Shown here in pieces: positions 58,522 to 64,000 of a stretch of 64,000 nucleotides of DNA. The translations under genes were made by a program, and so were the position numbers. The stretch spans positions 526,632 through 590,631 of the forward strand of contig CAWHIJ010000003.1 of NCBI GenBank assembly GCA_963829525.1. Direction: 5' to 3'. The notes under the pieces are model-generated. The model was not told the DNA's origin. It ran no database searches and saw only the letters and a list, made by a program, of their open reading frames with translations. Origin of the DNA: an uncultured Actinomycetota bacterium (lineage in GTDB: Bacteria; Actinomycetota; Actinomycetes; JAHEKZ01). Each line of letters opens with the position of its first letter. Positions within the stretch are counted from its first letter, which is position 1.

Positions 58522-59013
58522 TCAGATGGGGCAATCGAGCCAGACGCGGTCGCGCAGCTCGATGCCGTCGATGACGATCGGCCCCGGATAGCCGGTCGCG
58601 GCAGTGAACGCATCGCGGTCTACGGTGCGCATCCGAAAGCCCTGACGTTGGTAGAACCGGAGGTTTCCGACATCTGCAGCAGCGGTTGCAACGACCATGC
58701 GGGTGGCGCCAGCAGCGCGTGCGGCGTCGAGAGCGGCCGCTACCAGCGCCTTGCCGATCCCCCTGCCTCGTAGCGGCTCGATGACGCCCATGTTCTTGAT
58801 CTCGGCCTCTGCCGCATCGTGGGGCACGATCAGCTGAAGGTGGCCGACGAGCGCGCCGGCCGTCTCGGCGACGAGGACGATGCCATCATCGAGGTAGGTG
58901 TCGAGGGCAGAAGCTGAGTCCTCGGCCAGCTCGAACAGGTGGCGGAGTGCGCGACGGCTCCCGGAGTACGGCCCGATGGCGACGGCATCTCTGGCTTTGT
59001 GGCCCTCTGACAC
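58522..59013 (-). CDS. GNAT-family N-acetyltransferase
   Basis: The motif RGRGIGKALVAAAL is present. Confidence 0.6.
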   Translation of the reverse strand: MSEGHKARDAVAIGPYSGSRRALRHLFELAEDSASALDTYLDDGIVLVAETAGALVGHLQLIVPHDAAEAEIKNMGVIEPLRGRGIGKALVAAALDAARAAGATRMVVATAAADVGNLRFYQRQGFRMRTVDRDAFTAATGYPGPIVIDGIELRDRVWLDCPI

Positions 59014-59189
59014 GACACCAGTCTGTCAGGCATTTCCCTCTGAGTTGCGCTGCTGATCGGTGGGTTATCCACAAGAACCGCAGAAAGTGCAGGTAATGCG
59101 GTGTGAAATGATGAATTACGGTTGTCGCGAATACCTTCAAATCCGCGGTTGAGAATGCCGCGGCAAATCCTTGAAATAGGGAGCCACGA

Positions 59190-59510
59190 ATGGCGCAGAA
59201 AGTCCAGGTCGTCCTGATCGACGACATCGACGGTGGCCCAGCTGACGAGACGCTGCGGTTCGCCTTCGATGGCACCTCCTATGAGATCGACCTGTCGGCT
59301 GCCAACGCGGCTCGCTTCAGAAATGCCGTTGCCGAGTTCGTTGGCCATGCCCGCAAGACGCCTGGTCGGTCTGGCGCTCGACGTCCGCGCAGTGCCAGTG
59401 GTGGAAAGAGCGCGGAAATCCGGGCCTGGGCCAGGGGGCAGGGGCTGGCCGTCAACGAGCGTGGCCGGATTCCGGCGGATCTGGCCGCGAAGTTCGAGGC
59501 ATCCCAGTAG
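59190..59510 (+). CDS. lsr2: Nucleoid-associated protein Lsr2
   Basis: MAQKVQVVLIDDIDGG…FAFDGTSYEIDLS and the C-terminal RGRIP AT-hook-like DNA-binding motif are present. An AT-richer upstream region (59014-59189) is consistent with Lsr2 autoregulation. Confidence 0.92.
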   Translation: MAQKVQVVLIDDIDGGPADETLRFAFDGTSYEIDLSAANAARFRNAVAEFVGHARKTPGRSGARRPRSASGGKSAEIRAWARGQGLAVNERGRIPADLAAKFEASQ

Positions 59511-59745
59511 GGCCTGGCCGCCTCGAGCGACAATCGTTCGCTGATGGCGTAGGAACACCCCTTCGCCCTACGGAACGCCAGGTCAGCAGCCGACGTTCAA
59601 GAGAGAACACTGTTGCGAGTGGGTTCGCCCGCGGTGGAGAACGAGAAGGGTTCGCTCTCCGGGGTTAGCATGCGGGCAGGCCTACGCACTGCAGGAGCGG
59701 GCACGTCCCGTGCCGTACGCGGACCACCCAGAAGGAGACGCGAAG

Positions 59746-62304
59746 ATGTTCGAGAGGTTCACTGACCGCGCCCGGCGGGTGGTTGTGCTGGCCCAAGAAG
59801 AGGCCCGCATGCTCAACCACAATTACATCGGTACCGAGCACATCCTGCTCGGGCTGATCCACGAAGGTGAGGGTGTCGCCGCCAAGGCGCTCGAGTCACT
59901 GGGCATCTCGCTCGAGGCTGTGCGTCAGCAGGTGGAGGAGATCATTGGCCAGGGCCAGCAGGCTCCTTCCGGCCACATCCCCTTTACCCCGCGCGCGAAG
60001 AAGGTTCTCGAGCTCTCACTTCGTGAGGCGCTGCAGCTTGGCCACAACTACATCGGTACCGAGCACATCCTTCTCGGGCTGATCCGCGAGGGCGAAGGCG
60101 TCGCCGCGCAGGTTCTTGTCAAGCTTGGCGCCGACCTCAACCGCGTCCGCCAGCAGGTCATCCAGCTGCTCTCCGGCTACCAGGGCAAAGAGCCGGCCAC
60201 GGCAGGCGGGCCGCAGGGAGAGAACGCTCCCTCGTCGTCGCTCGTGCTCGACCAGTTCGGCCGCAACCTGACGCAAGCGGCGCGGGAGAGCAAGCTCGAT
60301 CCTGTCATCGGACGCGAGAAAGAGATCGAGCGCGTAATGCAGGTGCTCTCGCGTCGCACCAAGAACAACCCAGTCCTCATCGGTGAGCCGGGCGTTGGCA
60401 AGACGGCGGTTGTCGAGGGCCTGGCCCAGGCCATCGTCAAGGGTGAGGTGCCCGACACCCTCGAGAACAAACAGCTCTACACGCTCGACCTCGGCGCACT
60501 CGTAGCCGGAAGCCGCTACCGCGGTGATTTCGAGGAGCGGCTCAAGAAGGTGCTCAAAGAGATCCGTACCCGTGGCGACATCATCTTGTTCATCGACGAG
60601 ATGCACACGCTCGTCGGCGCCGGTGCAGCCGAAGGTGCCATCGACGCGGCAAGCATCCTGAAGCCGATGCTCGCTCGCGGCGAGCTGCAGACCATCGGCG
60701 CCACGACGCTCGACGAGTACCGCAAGTACGTCGAGAAGGACGCCGCGCTGGAGCGCCGCTTCGCCCCCATCCAGGTTCAGGCGCCCGACGTCGAGATGAC
60801 GGTCGAGATCCTTCAGGGGCTGCGTGACCGCTACGCAGCGCATCACCGCGTCAACATCACCGACGAGGCGATCAGGGCCGCAGCGCGTCTTGCTGACCGC
60901 TACATCTCCGACCGGCAGCTTCCTGACAAGGCAATTGACCTGATCGACGAGGCCGGCTCACGTCTGCGGATCCGCCGGATGACTGCTCCGCCGGACCTTC
61001 GCGAGTATGACGACCGCATCGGTGACGTCCGTCGTGACAAGGAAGCCGCGATTGACGCCCAAGACTTCGAGAAGGCCGCCTCGCTCCGCGATCAGGAGAA
61101 GCAGCTGCTCGGCGAGCGTGCCCAGCGCGAACGTGAATGGCGTAGCGGAGGAATGGACACCCTTCCGGACGTCGACGAGAAGCTCATCGCCGAGGTCGTC
61201 GGCCTGATGACCGGAATCCCGGTGTCCGACCTGTCTGAGGACGACGCCAAGCGCTTGATGCGCATGGAGGACGAGTTGCACAAGCGGGTCGTTGGCCAGG
61301 AGCAGGCCATCAAGGCGCTGTCCAAGGCGATCCGACGCACCCGCGCCGGGCTCAAAGACCCCAAGCGCCCTGCTGGTTCCTTCATCTTCGCCGGTCCGTC
61401 CGGTGTGGGTAAGACCGAGCTCTCCAAGGCGCTCACCGAGTTCCTCTTCGGTGACGAGGATGCGCTCATCGCGCTCGACATGAGTGAGTACAGCGAGAAG
61501 CACACCGCTTCTCGGCTCTTCGGTTCGCCTCCGGGGTATGTGGGTTACGAAGAGGGAGGCCAGCTCACTGAAAAGGTGCGGCGGAAGCCGTTCTCGGTCG
61601 TGCTTTTCGACGAGGTCGAGAAGGCTCACCCAGACATCTTCAACTCGTTGCTCCAGGTGCTTGAAGAAGGACGGCTCACCGACGCCCAGGGTCGGACAGT
61701 TGACTTCAAGAACACCGTCATCATCATGACGACCAACCTCGGCAGCCGTGACGTCTCCAAGGGAGTCAACCTTGGGTTCGCGGCTGACAACGACCTCACG
61801 ACGGCCTACGAAGCTATGAAGTCGAAGGTGCAGCAGGAACTGAAGCAGAACTTCCGCCCAGAGTTCCTCAACCGCATCGACGACATCATCGTCTTCCACC
61901 AGCTGAGCGAGGAGGAGATCGTCAGCATCGTCGACCTCATGGCGGCCAAGCTCGAGGATCGCCTCAAGGACAAGGACATGGCGATCGAGTTGACCACTCC
62001 GGCCAAGCTCCTGCTCGCGAAGAAGGGTTACGACCCTGTCCTGGGAGCACGACCGCTACGGCGCACGATGCAGCGAGAGCTCGAGGACCAGCTCTCCGAG
62101 CAGATTCTGTTCGGCGAACTGAAGCCGGGATCGATCGTCGTCGTCGACGTCGAGGGTGAGGGTGAGGCAGCAACGTTCACGTTCAAGAGTGAGCCAAGGG
62201 CGACGCTTCCTGATCTTCCGGACCACCCGGACCTACAGGCGATCGAGACGGTGGACTCCGGCGATGTCGCCGAGTCTGGGCCAGCGGCGTCCGCTGAGGA
62301 ATAG
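59746..62304 (+). CDS. clpC: ATP-dependent Clp protease ATP-binding subunit ClpC1
   Basis: The start is [21 protein letters not shown] (Clp N-domain repeat). It has two AAA modules ([16 protein letters not shown]) and a UVR-like linker. Confidence 0.95.
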   Translation: MFERFTDRARRVVVLAQEEARMLNHNYIGTEHILLGLIHEGEGVAAKALESLGISLEAVRQQVEEIIGQGQQAPSGHIPFTPRAKKVLELSLREALQLGHNYIGTEHILLGLIREGEGVAAQVLVKLGADLNRVRQQVIQLLSGYQGKEPATAGGPQGENAPSSSLVLDQFGRNLTQAARESKLDPVIGREKEIERVMQVLSRRTKNNPVLIGEPGVGKTAVVEGLAQAIVKGEVPDTLENKQLYTLDLGALVAGSRYRGDFEERLKKVLKEIRTRGDIILFIDEMHTLVGAGAAEGAIDAASILKPMLARGELQTIGATTLDEYRKYVEKDAALERRFAPIQVQAPDVEMTVEILQGLRDRYAAHHRVNITDEAIRAAARLADRYISDRQLPDKAIDLIDEAGSRLRIRRMTAPPDLREYDDRIGDVRRDKEAAIDAQDFEKAASLRDQEKQLLGERAQREREWRSGGMDTLPDVDEKLIAEVVGLMTGIPVSDLSEDDAKRLMRMEDELHKRVVGQEQAIKALSKAIRRTRAGLKDPKRPAGSFIFAGPSGVGKTELSKALTEFLFGDEDALIALDMSEYSEKHTASRLFGSPPGYVGYEEGGQLTEKVRRKPFSVVLFDEVEKAHPDIFNSLLQVLEEGRLTDAQGRTVDFKNTVIIMTTNLGSRDVSKGVNLGFAADNDLTTAYEAMKSKVQQELKQNFRPEFLNRIDDIIVFHQLSEEEIVSIVDLMAAKLEDRLKDKDMAIELTTPAKLLLAKKGYDPVLGARPLRRTMQRELEDQLSEQILFGELKPGSIVVVDVEGEGEAATFTFKSEPRATLPDLPDHPDLQAIETVDSGDVAESGPAASAEE

Positions 62305-62307
62305 CCG

Positions 62308-63192
62308 CTAATCGGGCAGGCGATACGACGATGGTCGGTCGCTGACTACCAGCTCGTCGGCCAACAGGCTCGCAAGCGCCCGTTCTCGTTGCTCTGGTTC
62401 GGCCCAGACGGCGTCGAGCGTCGCCTTGGGTAATGGGCCATCGGCTTCGCGGAGCGCAGCCAGGAGTCGACCTCGGCACTGCCGGTCGGTACCTGCGTAG
62501 GACTGTCCGCGTCTCGGTGGCCCGTCCCACTTCGGATAGCCGCTGGCCCGCCAAGCGCAGAGGTCTGCGATCGGACAGGCATCGCAGGTCGGCGTCCGAG
62601 CGGTGCACACGAGGGCCCCGAGCTCCATGACGGCGATCGAGACTTGTGCCGCCTCTGATGGCTCGGGGGGCAGCAGGTCGAGTGCGCGCTGACGCTCTTG
62701 AGAACCGACGACACTGGACGCGGGGAACTCGACGCCGTCCAGCCACCTGGCATGCACGCGCCGAACATTGGTGTCGAGCACTGCGTGTCTCTGCCCGAAT
62801 GCGAACGAGGCCACTGCCGCCGCGGTGTACTCGCCGATACCGGGCAGAGAGCGCAGATCGCCGACAGCAGAGGGGACCTCGCCGCCGAACGAGTCTCGAC
62901 ACTCGACTGAAGCTGCGTGAAGGCGCAGGGCGCGTCTGGGGTAGCCGAGTCTTCCCCACGCCCTGATGGCGTCCCCGGCCGTGTCATCAGCCAGAGCGGT
63001 CGGTGTCGGCCAGCGCCGCATCCACTCGGTGTACACCGGAAGCACTCTGGCCACCGGGGTCTGCTGCAGCATCACCTCGCTGACCAGGACCGCCCATGGG
63101 GTCGGGTCCGAGCGCCAGGGCAGCGTCCGAGCAGCGACGACAAACCAGCCGGAGATGACATCCACAGCCTGGGTGCTGGTCATTGACGCCAT
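62308..63192 (-). CDS. mutY: A/G-specific adenine DNA glycosylase
   Basis: It shows the HhH-GPD sequence (VSEVMLQQTPV) and the 4Fe-4S cluster loop (CTARTPTCDACPIADLC). It converges on clpC1 with a 3-bp gap. Confidence 0.85.
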   Translation of the reverse strand: MASMTSTQAVDVISGWFVVAARTLPWRSDPTPWAVLVSEVMLQQTPVARVLPVYTEWMRRWPTPTALADDTAGDAIRAWGRLGYPRRALRLHAASVECRDSFGGEVPSAVGDLRSLPGIGEYTAAAVASFAFGQRHAVLDTNVRRVHARWLDGVEFPASSVVGSQERQRALDLLPPEPSEAAQVSIAVMELGALVCTARTPTCDACPIADLCAWRASGYPKWDGPPRRGQSYAGTDRQCRGRLLAALREADGPLPKATLDAVWAEPEQRERALASLLADELVVSDRPSSYRLPD

Positions 63193-63246
63193 CGTGGCAC
63201 GGTCAAAGCAACACGCAAGAGGTGGTGTTCTCACTAGGGTGGGACC

Positions 63247-63870
63247 GTGGTTCTTCGACCTGTCGGCGACCAGCCGCCCGGCGTCTACTGGATTCGTCGC
63301 GGGCTCATGCTCGTGGCTCTTCTCGTCCTCGTCGGTATCGTGTGGTGGGCCTGGCCAAGCGGCGGCGACGGGACTGAGCAGACCGCCGAGCCGCCCAGCC
63401 CGACCGTGTCCGCCACCCCCAGCGAGACGCCATCGACCAGTCCCAAACCGTCGAAGTCGAAAGTGCCGAAGGAGGAGCTTCTCCCTCCGTGCGACGACTC
63501 CGCCATCGAGGTGACGGTTGCTACCGATGCTGAGACCTACCCTGCTGACCGGCAGCCCTCTTTCACCTTCACCGTCGAGAACGTGTCTGACAAGGCGTGC
63601 AGCCGCGACGTGGGCCAGGCAGCCAACGAGCTGCGGGTCACCTCAGGTGGCACGCAGGTCTGGTCGTCCGACGACTGCAACCCGGGCGGCGACGCAGACC
63701 CGATCAACCTCGATCCCGGTGACCGGTTCTCGCAGACGGTCAGCTGGCCCAAAGTTAAGTCGGCCGCGGGCTGTCCGACCCCTCAGGAGGCGGCAACGGC
63801 TGGCTCTTACCAGGTAGTGGCCCGCAACCTCGAGATCCTCGGCGAGCCAGCTGTGTTCGTGCTGGAGTAG
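63247..63870 (+). CDS. DUF4232-like membrane-anchored protein with a Pro/Ser/Thr-rich linker
   Basis: An N-terminal transmembrane helix is followed by a PST-rich spacer. The C-terminal domain has paired Cys residues (CDDSAIEV…, CSRDVG…, DDCNPGG…, CPTP). Confidence 0.45.
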   Translation: MVLRPVGDQPPGVYWIRRGLMLVALLVLVGIVWWAWPSGGDGTEQTAEPPSPTVSATPSETPSTSPKPSKSKVPKEELLPPCDDSAIEVTVATDAETYPADRQPSFTFTVENVSDKACSRDVGQAANELRVTSGGTQVWSSDDCNPGGDADPINLDPGDRFSQTVSWPKVKSAAGCPTPQEAATAGSYQVVARNLEILGEPAVFVLE

Positions 63871-64000
63871 ACGCGTCGCGGGCCCCTGGCTGCCGCTCAA
63901 GGTGAGGCGGCATTCGGACGACACTCCTGACTACGAGACGGTGCCCACTCCGAACAGTGCGCCGTGGCAGGAGGACCGGTGCCGGCGTCGCACGAGACCC

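Noticed and set aside
59014-59189. Lower-GC stretch upstream of lsr2 as a possible foreign insertion or small gene
   Set aside because: It has no ORF, and its size and AT-richness fit a promoter or Lsr2 autoregulatory region. It is mentioned in the lsr2 feature evidence only.

Overview
This is a high-GC actinobacterial chromosome segment (Nocardioides/Propionibacteriales-like by gene content; that placement is inference only). Most of it is densely packed housekeeping genes whose order resembles the mycobacterial topA and ppa–clpC1 neighbourhoods, recalled from memory rather than searched. The first block (1–13.0 kb) holds an MrfA-like DEAD/DUF1998 helicase (partial), hppA, a methyltransferase, topA, tmk, holB, AIM24 and a TAP-like hydrolase. 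The second block (35.5–64 kb) holds ppa, dacB-like, a zincin peptidase, tilS, hpt, ftsH, folE, folP, an NTF2-like gene, folB, folK, a DUF3180 gene, an orphan NuoD, ydbS/ydbT-like PH-domain genes, a P-type ATPase, MidA, a DUF2520 gene, panC, coaX, lysS, three GNAT genes, lsr2, clpC1, mutY and a DUF4232 gene. Between them, starting at a tRNA-Thr(CGU) gene at 13.15 kb, lies a roughly 22 kb accessory-looking block. It carries a BacNav-type voltage-gated channel, two divergent BNR/Asp-box paralogues, a Tat lipoprotein with an M15 peptidase domain, and a set of aromatic/methoxy-aromatic catabolism-like genes. Those include a Rieske oxygenase, an FAD monooxygenase, two tandem DUF3237 genes, an acyl-CoA synthetase, an amidase, an OTCase-like transcarbamylase, a GcvT-family gene and an amidohydrolase_2 gene. 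The block also carries a zinc-ribbon protein, a thermonuclease, metY–metX with a candidate SAM riboswitch leader, and a class-A beta-lactamase-like serine hydrolase. No CRISPR array, insertion sequence, integrase or recognisable defence system was seen.

The most notable observations are these:
- A stand-alone NuoD (NDUFS2-like) gene sits 4.5 kb from a MidA/NDUFAF7-family methyltransferase, and its quinone-site Tyr appears replaced by Trp.
- A 1.1 kb non-coding, lower-GC convergent region before ppa holds two copies of a roughly 66-nt hairpin repeat and several perfect stem-loops.
- Four single-base frame disruptions at short G/C runs all fall in the 12.5–22 kb accessory segment.
- A perfect 7-4-7 palindrome sits in the divergent Rieske/FAD-monooxygenase promoter region.

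All protein calls rest on motifs I recognise in the supplied translations; no database searches were run.
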